A DNA stretch of 64,000 nt from NCBI GenBank assembly GCA_963675755.2, contig CAXXMD010000003.1, forward strand, positions 3,200,001 to 3,264,000. Reading direction: 5' to 3'. The stretch is from a bacterium. Lineage in GTDB: Bacteria; Zhuqueibacterota; Zhuqueibacteria; Residuimicrobiales; Krinioviventaceae. Below, in pieces: positions 55,166 through 64,000 of this stretch. The position numbers and the translations under genes were made by a program. Within the stretch, counting starts at the first letter, position 1. Each line of letters starts with the position of its first letter. Below the pieces are notes generated by a model that was not told the DNA's origin, did no database searches, and saw only the letters and a list, made by a program, of their open reading frames with translations.

Positions 55166-56110
55166 ATGACCATTATAAAGGAGCGTTCAATGAAAAAAAT
55201 GTTGAGGATTGGTATCTTGATCTTGTTAACAGGTATGCAATTATCATTTGCTCAGACTTTGGCAGAAAAGCTGGGCTATAAAAATACAGACAAGCTTTTA
55301 ATTGTAAATTGTGACGATGTAGGCATGTGTCATTCGGCTAATGTGGCAGTAATGGATGCTATGGTGAACGGAATGATCACATCGGGTACAATAATGACTC
55401 CATGCCCCTGGTTCAACGAGATTGCTGATTTTGCTAAAAGCGGAGCAAAAAGCGATCTGGGTGTGCACCTGACACATACTGCGGAATGGAAACATTACCG
55501 TTGGGGAACTGTTGCTTCCAAAAATCTTGTAAGCGGATTGCTGGATCCCCAGGGATATATGTGGGAATCGGTTGAACATGTATATAAACATGCCAACGCA
55601 GAACAAGCTTATATAGAAGGCAAAGCGCAGATCCAAAAAGCGCTTGATGCCGGTATTGATGTTACACATATTGACTCACACATGGGTACAATGCAGCATG
55701 ATCCCGAATATTATCAGGCATATGTGAAATTGGCCAAAGAATACAATTTGCCTCTACGAATGCCGTCTCAAACTACTACAGAAAAATTTGGTATGCCCGG
55801 TCTGCGCAGTCAGGTTTCCTCAATGGGGCTGATCTTTCCTGATTATTTTGTATATGAAGAATTGCACAACTATGGAGAGGTTAAACCTTTTTGGACCAAT
55901 ATTTTAAAAAATTTAAAGCCCGGTGTTACAGAGATCTATATACACGCGGCTGTTGTAACTGATGAATTAAAAGCCATTACAAACAGTTGGAAAACACGAA
56001 GCCAAGAGTATGAAACCTTTAATCAGGATCCGGATATCAAGAAATTGATTGAGGATGAAGGTATTATTTTAATTGGTTATCGTCCATTGAGAGAACTGCA
56101 GCGTAAATAA
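55166..56110 (+). CDS. Exported ChbG/YdjC-family carbohydrate deacetylase; likely start ATG 55190
   Basis: Signal peptide; IVNCDDVGM, GVHLT, HIDSHMG, EIYIH. Confidence 0.85.
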   Translation: MTIIKERSMKKMLRIGILILLTGMQLSFAQTLAEKLGYKNTDKLLIVNCDDVGMCHSANVAVMDAMVNGMITSGTIMTPCPWFNEIADFAKSGAKSDLGVHLTHTAEWKHYRWGTVASKNLVSGLLDPQGYMWESVEHVYKHANAEQAYIEGKAQIQKALDAGIDVTHIDSHMGTMQHDPEYYQAYVKLAKEYNLPLRMPSQTTTEKFGMPGLRSQVSSMGLIFPDYFVYEELHNYGEVKPFWTNILKNLKPGVTEIYIHAAVVTDELKAITNSWKTRSQEYETFNQDPDIKKLIEDEGIILIGYRPLRELQRK

Positions 56111-56133
56111 TAATTCTCTGTTAGAGGAATAAT

Positions 56134-57645
56134 ATGAAAAAATTATTATTCAGCATTATTGTTTTATTAATTTCAGTTCCTGTACTTTTATCCAAACCGA
56201 TTGAAATTGAAAAATCGGTTTTAAAAGACAAAATTAAAGGCGGTTGGGCGGGCCAATTGATTGGCTGTACTTATGGCGGTCCAACCGAATTTAAATTCAA
56301 CAGTACCATTATTCCGGATTATCACCCCATCGAATGGGACAGCACGTTGATAGAATGGTGGTTTGATAATCATCCCGGATTGTATGATGATATTTATATG
56401 GACCTTACGTTTGTTGATGTTTTTGATAAACAGGGTCTGGATGCACCTGCCGATGCCTTTGCCAAAGCGTTTGCGAATGCAGAGTATCCGCTTTGGCATG
56501 CTAATCAGGCTGCCAGATATAATATTCTAAATGGTATCATGCCGCCACAGTCAGGGCACTGGCTAAATAATCCTCATGCGGATGATCTTGATTTTCAGAT
56601 TGAAGCGGATTTTGCCGGGTTGATGAGCCCCGGATTGGTAAACGCCGCTGCCGGTTATTGTGATCGTATTGGTCATATTATGAATTATGGTGATGGCTGG
56701 TATGGCGGAGTCTATGTAGCTGCCATGTACTCGCTTGCGTTTATCTCGGACGATATTGACTTTATTGTCAATGAGGCATTAAAGGCCATTCCCGCACAGA
56801 GTACGTATTATCAATGTATGCAGGATGTAATATCGTTACATGACAAATTCCCAGATGACTGGAAACGTTGCTGGTTTGAAATTGAAAAAAGATGGGGAGA
56901 AGATATTGGCTGTCCTGATGGTGTTTTTCGTGCGTTTAATATTGATGCCAAGATAAATTCCGCATGGATTTTACTAGGCCTTTTGTATGGTGATGGTGAT
57001 TTTGGCAAAACCATTGATATCAGCACGCGTGCGGGAGATGATTCGGATTGTAATCCTGCAAGCTCGGGGGGAATACTGGGTGCTATGATTGGTTACAGCA
57101 ATATACCTATGGAATGGAAACAAGGTTTGGCCAAAGTTGCTGATCGTGATTTTCAGTATACCCAGATATCTCTTAATAAAGCGAATGAGTTGTCTTTTCA
57201 ACAGGCATTACAGGTTATAAAAATTAACGGTGGCTCAATCGAAAAAAATAAAGTGGTAATACCTGAACAAGATATTGTGACCGTACCGCTTGAAATTGGG
57301 TTTGAGGGCCATTACCCATTGGCGAGAAAGACAATTGATGCTGAGCTTGATTCTGAGACCGAACTGGAATTTGAAGGGATTGGATTTGCTTTGCAGGGTA
57401 GGATTGTTAAAGATCCGGAGGTTGAGCATACTTTTCTAGTAGAGATGTATGTTGATAATGCGTTAATAGAAACAGCCAAACTGCCGTCATTGCGGCATGA
57501 TCGAAGGAATCCCATGTTTTGGAGATATAATTTGGCAGAGGGTAAACACAGTGTAAAATTCAAGGTATTGAATCCTGCCTCCAACGCAAGAATGCATTTG
57601 ACTGAAATGATTATATATTCTTCTACTGAAAAGCAAAATCAATAA
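56134..57645 (+). CDS. Exported ADP-ribosylglycohydrolase-family protein with a C-terminal beta-sandwich
   Basis: Signal peptide; DKIKGGWAGQLIG...GGPTEF, DDIY, GLLYGDGDF..TI..STRAGDDSDCN. Confidence 0.82.
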   Translation: MKKLLFSIIVLLISVPVLLSKPIEIEKSVLKDKIKGGWAGQLIGCTYGGPTEFKFNSTIIPDYHPIEWDSTLIEWWFDNHPGLYDDIYMDLTFVDVFDKQGLDAPADAFAKAFANAEYPLWHANQAARYNILNGIMPPQSGHWLNNPHADDLDFQIEADFAGLMSPGLVNAAAGYCDRIGHIMNYGDGWYGGVYVAAMYSLAFISDDIDFIVNEALKAIPAQSTYYQCMQDVISLHDKFPDDWKRCWFEIEKRWGEDIGCPDGVFRAFNIDAKINSAWILLGLLYGDGDFGKTIDISTRAGDDSDCNPASSGGILGAMIGYSNIPMEWKQGLAKVADRDFQYTQISLNKANELSFQQALQVIKINGGSIEKNKVVIPEQDIVTVPLEIGFEGHYPLARKTIDAELDSETELEFEGIGFALQGRIVKDPEVEHTFLVEMYVDNALIETAKLPSLRHDRRNPMFWRYNLAEGKHSVKFKVLNPASNARMHLTEMIIYSSTEKQNQ

Positions 57646-57667
57646 TTCAACTCTTGGGAGACAGGTA

Positions 57668-58600
57668 ATGAAAAAACTTTTACTAATAGTTTCTATTACA
57701 ATTTTTTATATGTCTTTAAGCTTTGCTGCTGATAAACAAAAAATTATATTCGATTGTGATCTTGGTGATGATATTGATGACGCGTTTGCCCTTGCTATGA
57801 TACTTGCCAGCCCCGAGCTGGATGTTCTGGGTATTGTTCTGGATTATGGTAACACGCCTGAACGCGCCAAAATTGCTTGCCGTATGTTGTACGAGACCGG
57901 CAGAGAAGACATCCCAGTGGTTGTAGGCAGACAAACGCATGATAAATACTCACCTCAATTCAACTGGGGAAAAGGATTTACTAAAGTAAAACCTATTGAT
58001 ACACCTGCTGATGAATTTATTATTTCGCAATTAAAGAAATACCCCAATGAGATCGTTTTGATAACTGTGGGCCCGGTTCCCAATATGATGGATGTGATTA
58101 AAAAAGATAAAGACGCATTAAAACTCACCAAACATATCTATTCCATGTATGGCTCTTTTTATATGGGATACAACAAGGAACCTATACCCAGTGCGGAATG
58201 GAATGTACGTGCTGATGAAGATGCATCTAAACTGTTTTCTGCCTGTGGTGCAGAGATCACTTATGCCGGGCTGGATGTTACAACTTTTGTAAAATGGAAT
58301 GAAGAACGTCGTTTAAAACTGTTGATGCGACAGTCACCCCTTACCAATGCATTGTGTGGATTATACAGCCTATGGCCGAATGAAACGCCTACTTTGTATG
58401 ATTGTGTGGCAGTAGGCATGGTTATTTGGCCGGATCTATTTACAACCCGAAAAGCTTTTGTTAAAGTTATTGATGGTGGATATACTATTATTGATGAGAG
58501 CAAGACACCCAACTGTGAGGTTGGAGTCAGCATTAAAACTGAAAAGTTTTTGAATAGATTGATGAATGTATATCTAACCCAGAACCTGATGCGCGAATAA
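57668..58600 (+). CDS. Exported nucleoside hydrolase (IU-NH family)
   Basis: Signal peptide; DCDLGDDIDDAFA, GP.PN, AEWNV, GLDVT, LYD. Confidence 0.88.
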   Translation: MKKLLLIVSITIFYMSLSFAADKQKIIFDCDLGDDIDDAFALAMILASPELDVLGIVLDYGNTPERAKIACRMLYETGREDIPVVVGRQTHDKYSPQFNWGKGFTKVKPIDTPADEFIISQLKKYPNEIVLITVGPVPNMMDVIKKDKDALKLTKHIYSMYGSFYMGYNKEPIPSAEWNVRADEDASKLFSACGAEITYAGLDVTTFVKWNEERRLKLLMRQSPLTNALCGLYSLWPNETPTLYDCVAVGMVIWPDLFTTRKAFVKVIDGGYTIIDESKTPNCEVGVSIKTEKFLNRLMNVYLTQNLMRE

Positions 58601-58619
58601 TTCCATAGGTGAGTACGCT

Positions 58620-59552
58620 TTGGAAAAAACTTTGAAAATTGTAGTTGTTGGCAGTTCCAATACAGATATGATTGTTAATGTACCCAAAATTCCTGTAGCA
58701 GGTGAAACGGTTTTGGGAGGCACATTTAGACGTGCAGCCGGCGGCAAAGGTGCAAATCAGGCAGTTGCTGCGGCACGGGCAGGTGGTAATGTAACATTCA
58801 TTGCAAGAGTGGGGAACGATAGCTTTGGAGAAGAAGCGATTACCGGGTTTGCCATAGATCATATCCAAACGCAATATGTATTTCAGGATGAAAAAGCCCC
58901 TTCAGGTATTGCTGAAATTTTTGTTTCTGAAAGCGGAGAGAACTGTATAGCCGTAGCTCCCGGTGCAAATGCTCTGTTGAACTCTGATGATGTATTGAAA
59001 GCAAAATCTGAAATAGCTTCTGCTGATGTACTGGTTGCCCAGTTGGAAATCCCTCTTGAAGCCGTGGCAACAGCAATTTCTATTGCAAGTCAAAACCGTA
59101 CCAAAGTGATCTTGAATCCTGCTCCGGCATGTGAGCTGCCGGACGAGTTATTGTCGCAGGTATCGATTCTGACACCCAACGAAACCGAAGCCGAATTTTT
59201 GACAGGAATTACCATAACGGACCTCAAAAGTGCAGAACAGGCGAGTGAGGTTTTGCGGCAAAAGGGTGTGCAAATGGTAATTATTACTTTGGGCAGCAAG
59301 GGCGTGTATGTCTCTACAAGCGAGTTTGGCGGGTTAATACCCGGCTATGAGGTGGATGCAGTGGATACAACCGCAGCCGGCGATGTGTTTAACGGCGCGC
59401 TTGCAGTCGGTATTGCAGGTAGAATGATGCTGAATGAAGCGGTACAATTTGCACAGGCTGCAGCAGCACTTTCTGTAACACAAAAGGGTGCTCAACCATC
59501 CTGTCCTACCCGAAAAGAGATACTGGGTTTTATCTCTCAACAACATCATTAA
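58620..59552 (+). CDS. rbsK: Ribokinase
   Basis: GSSNTD, GGKGANQAVAAAR, NPAPA, PNETE, DTTAAGDVFNG. Confidence 0.95.
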   Translation: MEKTLKIVVVGSSNTDMIVNVPKIPVAGETVLGGTFRRAAGGKGANQAVAAARAGGNVTFIARVGNDSFGEEAITGFAIDHIQTQYVFQDEKAPSGIAEIFVSESGENCIAVAPGANALLNSDDVLKAKSEIASADVLVAQLEIPLEAVATAISIASQNRTKVILNPAPACELPDELLSQVSILTPNETEAEFLTGITITDLKSAEQASEVLRQKGVQMVIITLGSKGVYVSTSEFGGLIPGYEVDAVDTTAAGDVFNGALAVGIAGRMMLNEAVQFAQAAAALSVTQKGAQPSCPTRKEILGFISQQHH

Positions 59553-59636
59553 TTTATTTTGATTCAAATCTGATCCTATTTAATACCTTGCGCATTTATC
59601 CGAGTATTTGTATTTTCAATTATTCCTTGATAACTA

Positions 59637-61049
59637 TTGTGTTTCAGGCAAATTTTAATAAAGAAAAGAGGTCTGGGTATGCAAGAAGAGAATAAAACAT
59701 CAAGACGTGAGTTTATAAAAAACTCTACTGCCGCAGCGGTAGGAATAGGCGCATTGGGCGCACCTGCAATCAAACCGGTTTTGGGGGCAAATGATAAAAT
59801 CCGTATGGGATTTATTGGTGTGGGAAACCGGGGGACACAATTGTTACACAGTTTTGTTGAAAATAAGGATGTTGAACTCGTAGCTTTGTGTGATGTGTAT
59901 GAACCCTTTACCCTGCGTGATCCCTCCAAACTGGATCCCATCTTTGTAGAAAAATTGGGCAAGCGTTTACCGGCTTTGGGTGAAAAGTTTGGTAAATACG
60001 ATCGCTATTCAGATTTTAGAAAACTTTTGGAACGTAAAGATATAGATGCGGTTTGCATTGCAACCCCGGACCACTGGCACTCTATTCAAATGATTGAGGC
60101 ATGCGAAGCAGGTAAAGATGTTTATGTGGAAAAACCCCTGACAATTGCTTTAATAGAGGGGCGTCGGATGGTTGATGCTGCTGAACGTACCGGGCAAATT
60201 GTTCAGGTAGGTTTGAACCGCAGAGGATCTACTTTGTACCAGCAAATGGTAAAGATGGTACAGGGTGGCAAGTTGGGTAAAATTACTACCGCCAGAGCTT
60301 CACGTATCAGCAATATGTATCCTAACGGCATTGGAAATGAAAAACCTGCTGATCCACCAAAGGATCTGGATTGGGATATGTGGCTGGGGCCTCGTGAGTT
60401 TAGACCTTTTCAATATAATATTATGCCATATTTCTTTCGCTGGTGGAAGTCTTATTCTTCGCAAATGGGTAACTGGGGCGTGCATTATTTTGATGTTATG
60501 CGCTGGATGATGGGAGAGCGTGCTCCCGTTGCGGTTACGGCAATTGGCGGTAAATATGCATTAACTGATGACCGCACCATTCCGGATACCACTGAAGTGA
60601 TTTTCGAGTTTGCTTCCGGTGCAATTATGACTTTTTCAATTTATGAAGCCAGTGGCGGCAGAGTCATTCAAAAAGGCGAAGTAGAGCTGCGCGGTACCAA
60701 AGGTACGCTATATACAACTGACAATAATTACACCATTATACCCTCAAAAGCAGGGCAGTTTCAGGATTGGGATAAACTGGTTGAAGGAACAGATCAGGAT
60801 ATATCCAAACCGGAAGACATTACCTCCAAACTGATCCGTAATTTTCTGGATTGTGTGAAATCAAAAGCTGAACCCTGGTGTCCGCTGGAAGAAGGACATC
60901 GATCAACTTCATTTGCGCATATTGCCAATATTTCTCTGGAGGTGGGGGGACGACTGGAATGGGACGCAGAAAAAGAACAATTTATTAATAATGATAAAGC
61001 AAACGAATTGTTGGATTATGAGTACAGAGCGCCATGGAAAAAAGCCTGA
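59637..61049 (+). CDS. Tat-exported Gfo/Idh/MocA oxidoreductase; likely start ATG 59679
   Basis: SRREFIK twin-arginine signal; IGVGNRG, ATPDHWH, YVEKP, LDWDMWLGP, NWGVH..D. Confidence 0.88.
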   Translation: MCFRQILIKKRGLGMQEENKTSRREFIKNSTAAAVGIGALGAPAIKPVLGANDKIRMGFIGVGNRGTQLLHSFVENKDVELVALCDVYEPFTLRDPSKLDPIFVEKLGKRLPALGEKFGKYDRYSDFRKLLERKDIDAVCIATPDHWHSIQMIEACEAGKDVYVEKPLTIALIEGRRMVDAAERTGQIVQVGLNRRGSTLYQQMVKMVQGGKLGKITTARASRISNMYPNGIGNEKPADPPKDLDWDMWLGPREFRPFQYNIMPYFFRWWKSYSSQMGNWGVHYFDVMRWMMGERAPVAVTAIGGKYALTDDRTIPDTTEVIFEFASGAIMTFSIYEASGGRVIQKGEVELRGTKGTLYTTDNNYTIIPSKAGQFQDWDKLVEGTDQDISKPEDITSKLIRNFLDCVKSKAEPWCPLEEGHRSTSFAHIANISLEVGGRLEWDAEKEQFINNDKANELLDYEYRAPWKKA

Positions 61050-62530
61050 GTTTACCCCTAAAACGGAGATCGTTTGTTAAAGCCATGACGGGTTCAGCTG
61101 TTATGGCTTTATTGCAGCCTGGTAGCGTTTTAGCCGGTAATAGTGAACGTTTGCCGAATATTGTTTTTATTATTTGTGATCAGATGCGAGGGGATGCCCT
61201 GAGCTGTTTGGGCAGCCCCAATGCCCGTACTCCGCATCTGGACAGGTTGGCAGAAAAAGGTGTGCTGCTTAAAAACTTTTTTTCAAACAATCCGGTTTGT
61301 GCGCCATCACGGGTATCTTTTTTTACCGGTCTTTATCCGCATCAGCATGGCAAGTTGACCAATCCCAGCGGTAAGTTTGTCGAATCATTCGATGCCTGGA
61401 TGCCCGGATATTTCCGCAAACAAGGGTACAAAGTCGGCTGGGTGGGTAAAAATCACACTGCCAGCAAACAAGTAATGCAGCAAATGGATTCCAGCACCAT
61501 CAGAGCGAGAGAACCGTTCAGGCAATATAACAAGTTTGTGCCGCCATACTGGCATTCGGATATGTACTGGCCTGATGAACAGTGTTATCCCGCAATAAAT
61601 ACACAGGACGCAATAAAGTTTGTAAATGAATCTGTGGACACTCCTTTCTTTTTACATGTGAGTTATTTTGATCCACATCCACCATATATGGCTTTATCAA
61701 CATATACAATTCAATACGCGGGCAAGGACATGGTTTTACCCGAGTATATTGATCCGGCTAAATTAAACAGCCGCCTTGCAAAACAAGCCAGGGCGCTGCA
61801 CTATGATCGAATACAGGATACGGATTTAAAGGAAACCCTGAGATATTATTATGCTGCAATTGAAGGGGGAGTGGATGCTCAAGTTGGTCAGTTAATGAGC
61901 GCTCTCGAGAACAAGGGATTAATGGATAATACGATTATTGTATTTACCTCGGACCATGGTGATTTTATGGGTGAGTATAGAATGGTGCGTAAAGGTATGT
62001 TTCATTATGATGCTTTGGTTCATATCCCATTTATTATCTATGCACCCGGAAAAACCGGAAAGGGTATTCAGCTCGATGTCATGGCGCAGGGAGTGGATTT
62101 GTATCCTACACTTATTGAATTGACCGGTGGAAAAGTACCTGAAACCCTGCCGGGGCGGTCGCTTGTGCCCTACCTGTCCGGTGATAAAGAAGATGATCCT
62201 GACGCAACAGTGTTTGCATCGGCGGCATATAGTGATTTACCGGAAAATTATTTTGATAATCCGGAACCGGCATATAATCCGGATAGTGATGTTCCGTTTC
62301 ATACGCGCGTGCAAAACCTGACCTGGAAAGCGGAACAGCGGACCATTATGGCGCGTACTCGCGAGTGGAAACTGATTGTGAACGAGACGGGTGAAAATGA
62401 GTTGTATCACATGGATGGAGGATATACTGAAAAAGAAAACCTGATACACGATGATCGATACGCAGAGATACGACAAAAGCTTTTAAAGAAAATCAAGCAG
62501 CAATGGGACTGGCAAAACAGCAAGATCTAA
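61034..62530 (+). CDS. Tat-exported formylglycine (Cys-type) sulfatase
   Basis: KRRSFVK; PNIVFIICDQ; CAPSR; GKNH; DPHPP; TSDHGD. Confidence 0.9.
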   Translation: MEKSLSLPLKRRSFVKAMTGSAVMALLQPGSVLAGNSERLPNIVFIICDQMRGDALSCLGSPNARTPHLDRLAEKGVLLKNFFSNNPVCAPSRVSFFTGLYPHQHGKLTNPSGKFVESFDAWMPGYFRKQGYKVGWVGKNHTASKQVMQQMDSSTIRAREPFRQYNKFVPPYWHSDMYWPDEQCYPAINTQDAIKFVNESVDTPFFLHVSYFDPHPPYMALSTYTIQYAGKDMVLPEYIDPAKLNSRLAKQARALHYDRIQDTDLKETLRYYYAAIEGGVDAQVGQLMSALENKGLMDNTIIVFTSDHGDFMGEYRMVRKGMFHYDALVHIPFIIYAPGKTGKGIQLDVMAQGVDLYPTLIELTGGKVPETLPGRSLVPYLSGDKEDDPDATVFASAAYSDLPENYFDNPEPAYNPDSDVPFHTRVQNLTWKAEQRTIMARTREWKLIVNETGENELYHMDGGYTEKENLIHDDRYAEIRQKLLKKIKQQWDWQNSKI

Positions 62531-62557
62531 ATATGAATCGATAATACAGGATCCAAT

Positions 62558-63844
62558 ATGGCAATTCGAATTAAAGCAACCGATGCAAATTTTGAAAGAG
62601 AACCCCTGATCCGCCCCTTTGGATTCAAGGGGGGATTTATGAATGAAATCTGGCAGAGCGCCGCATTGATGGAAAGTGAAAACGGTTTCCGGCAAGTGGG
62701 TCTTTGTACACACAGTGTGTTGTGGTCAGATGCTAAAGTGTTTGCAGACCATTCAGATACCGGCGGCAATGCATTAATGCATGCCATGACCGAATACGCG
62801 CTGCAACTGGTCAAGGATATTCCTTTTGAGAATCCCGTACAATTATTAGATCAGCTTTTGGAACCGGTTTATGAATACGGGAAAATGATCACGGGCAATT
62901 CTGATCTGCGTAAAACCTTTGCATTAAACGCCCTGGTGGGTGTTGATAATGCAGCATGGTTGATTTATGCCAGTGAACAGGGAATTGATAATTTTGATGA
63001 CCTGATTCCGGATGCGTACAAATCCGCGCTTTCTCATCATCATAAAAAAGTTGCCAGTATCCCCTTGATGGCATACGCAATACCTATTGATGAAATTATA
63101 GATGCCGTCAACCAGGGCTACTTCTTTATGAAAATCAAAATCGGTCAGCCGGGTACGCAGGAAGAGATGCTTGAAAAGGACAAGGCCCGGCTTTCAGCTA
63201 TCCACAGAGCCATAGGGCATATGGAGACAGAGTATTCGCAATCGGGCAAACTCCCTTATTATTTTGACGCCAATGGCAGATACGAGAGTAAAGAAATGCT
63301 AAAACGCCTGTTGGACCATGCTGAAAAGATAGGTGCGTTTGAACAGATTGCCATTGTTGAAGAGCCGTTTCCTGAACATGTAGAGGATTTTGTTGGCGAT
63401 TTGGGAGTACGTATTGCCGCAGATGAAAGCGCACATACGGACAAAGATGCCCTTGCCCGCATGGAAATGGGCTATGGAGCCATGGCTTTAAAAGCTATAG
63501 CAAAAACCCTGAGCATGACGTTGAAAATTGCCCAACTGGCACATGAAAAAAATGTACCCTGTTTTTGTGCGGATTTGACAGTGAATCCGATCCTGGCTGA
63601 ATGGAATAAAAATGTGGCTGCCAGACTGGCACCGTTCCCAGAATTGGGGTTGGGATTAATGGAAACCAATGGACACCAGAATTATAAAAACTGGCAAACC
63701 ATGGTGGGATACCATCCCTATCCCGATGCAAAGTGGCGGGAAACTCGCAAAGGCGTATTTGATCTGGATGATGATTATTATGAAAAAAGTGGTGGAATTT
63801 TTACACCTTCGCCTCATTACACAAAAATGTTTGAACAAAAATAA
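62558..63844 (+). CDS. Enolase-superfamily enzyme (mandelate racemase/MLE-like; probable acid-sugar dehydratase or epimerase)
   Basis: KIKIG (KxK); metal ligands DAN, EEP and DES. Confidence 0.8.
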   Translation: MAIRIKATDANFEREPLIRPFGFKGGFMNEIWQSAALMESENGFRQVGLCTHSVLWSDAKVFADHSDTGGNALMHAMTEYALQLVKDIPFENPVQLLDQLLEPVYEYGKMITGNSDLRKTFALNALVGVDNAAWLIYASEQGIDNFDDLIPDAYKSALSHHHKKVASIPLMAYAIPIDEIIDAVNQGYFFMKIKIGQPGTQEEMLEKDKARLSAIHRAIGHMETEYSQSGKLPYYFDANGRYESKEMLKRLLDHAEKIGAFEQIAIVEEPFPEHVEDFVGDLGVRIAADESAHTDKDALARMEMGYGAMALKAIAKTLSMTLKIAQLAHEKNVPCFCADLTVNPILAEWNKNVAARLAPFPELGLGLMETNGHQNYKNWQTMVGYHPYPDAKWRETRKGVFDLDDDYYEKSGGIFTPSPHYTKMFEQK

Positions 63845-63855
63845 TAGGAAGTAGA

Positions 63856-64000
63856 ATGGGACCGTTATTTGATTTGAATTCCCGAGTGATTCTGGTTACC
63901 GGATCAGGCGGTGGTTTGGGATATACGATGGCAAAGGGCCTTGCACAGGCAGGAGCTTTTGTTGTGTTGAATGGTAGAAATGAAGAAAAATTAGAGGCTG
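63856..64000 (+). CDS. Short-chain dehydrogenase (gluconate 5-dehydrogenase-like), truncated by the window end
   Basis: Hand translation MGPLFDLNSRVILVTGSGGGLGYTMAKGLAQAGAFVVLNGRNEEKLEA contains TGxxxGLG and NGRN. Not in the ORF track. Confidence 0.85.
   Translation, partial: MGPLFDLNSRVILVTGSGGGLGYTMAKGLAQAGAFVVLNGRNEEKLEA

Noticed and set aside
56134-57645. ADP-ribosylglycohydrolase as an antitoxin/anti-phage or DraG-type regulator
   Set aside because: It has a signal peptide, no neighbouring ADP-ribosyltransferase or nif genes, and a catabolic context (nucleoside hydrolase, ribokinase).
404-63854. Numerous short (60-165 aa) alternative-frame and antisense ORFs in the ORF track
   Set aside because: They overlap well-supported genes, lack RBS or family motifs, and look like shadow ORFs.
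1-64000. CRISPR arrays, rRNA/tRNA genes, IS elements, integrases, prophage genes
   Set aside because: No spaced direct repeats, no long non-coding GC-rich structured segments and no transposase/integrase motifs were seen. Intergenic gaps are short and AT-rich. A covariance-model search was not possible.

Overview
AT-rich (roughly 35% GC by eye), gene-dense chromosomal window from a diderm bacterium. The gene repertoire suggests an FCB-like lineage such as KSB1/Calditrichota, but this is inference only. From left to right it holds: cytochrome bd oxidase cydAB; two tandem 7TM-PAS sensors that end in a 4-Cys module instead of a kinase; an outer-membrane barrel and an AlkC-like glycosylase; a ~25 kb Wzx/Wzy group-1-type capsule locus (7.7-32.8 kb); a metallophosphoesterase; a putative sigma54-driven DUF4136 lipoprotein; a DUF4332-BON/LysM-DUF937-HtpX-beta-CASP operon; a LOV-SpoIIE phosphatase followed by a complete F8-like chemosensory cluster (40.3-55.1 kb); and two catabolic units. 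The capsule locus contains a complete PAPS-supply module (cysC, cysD, cysN, SLC13 transporter, cysQ) but no recognisable sulfotransferase. It also has a very low-GC central cassette whose borders fall inside genes. The chemosensory cluster has atypical members: a soluble double-MCP protein with a CheZ-like DxxxQ motif, a STAS protein, a receptor with two extracytoplasmic CZB domains, and a His-less kinase. The catabolic units are (a) exported deacetylase, ADP-ribosylglycohydrolase and nucleoside hydrolase plus ribokinase, and (b) Tat oxidoreductase, Tat sulfatase, enolase-family enzyme and an SDR. I saw no rRNA, tRNA, CRISPR array, transposase or integrase. All calls come from reading motifs by eye; no database searches were run.
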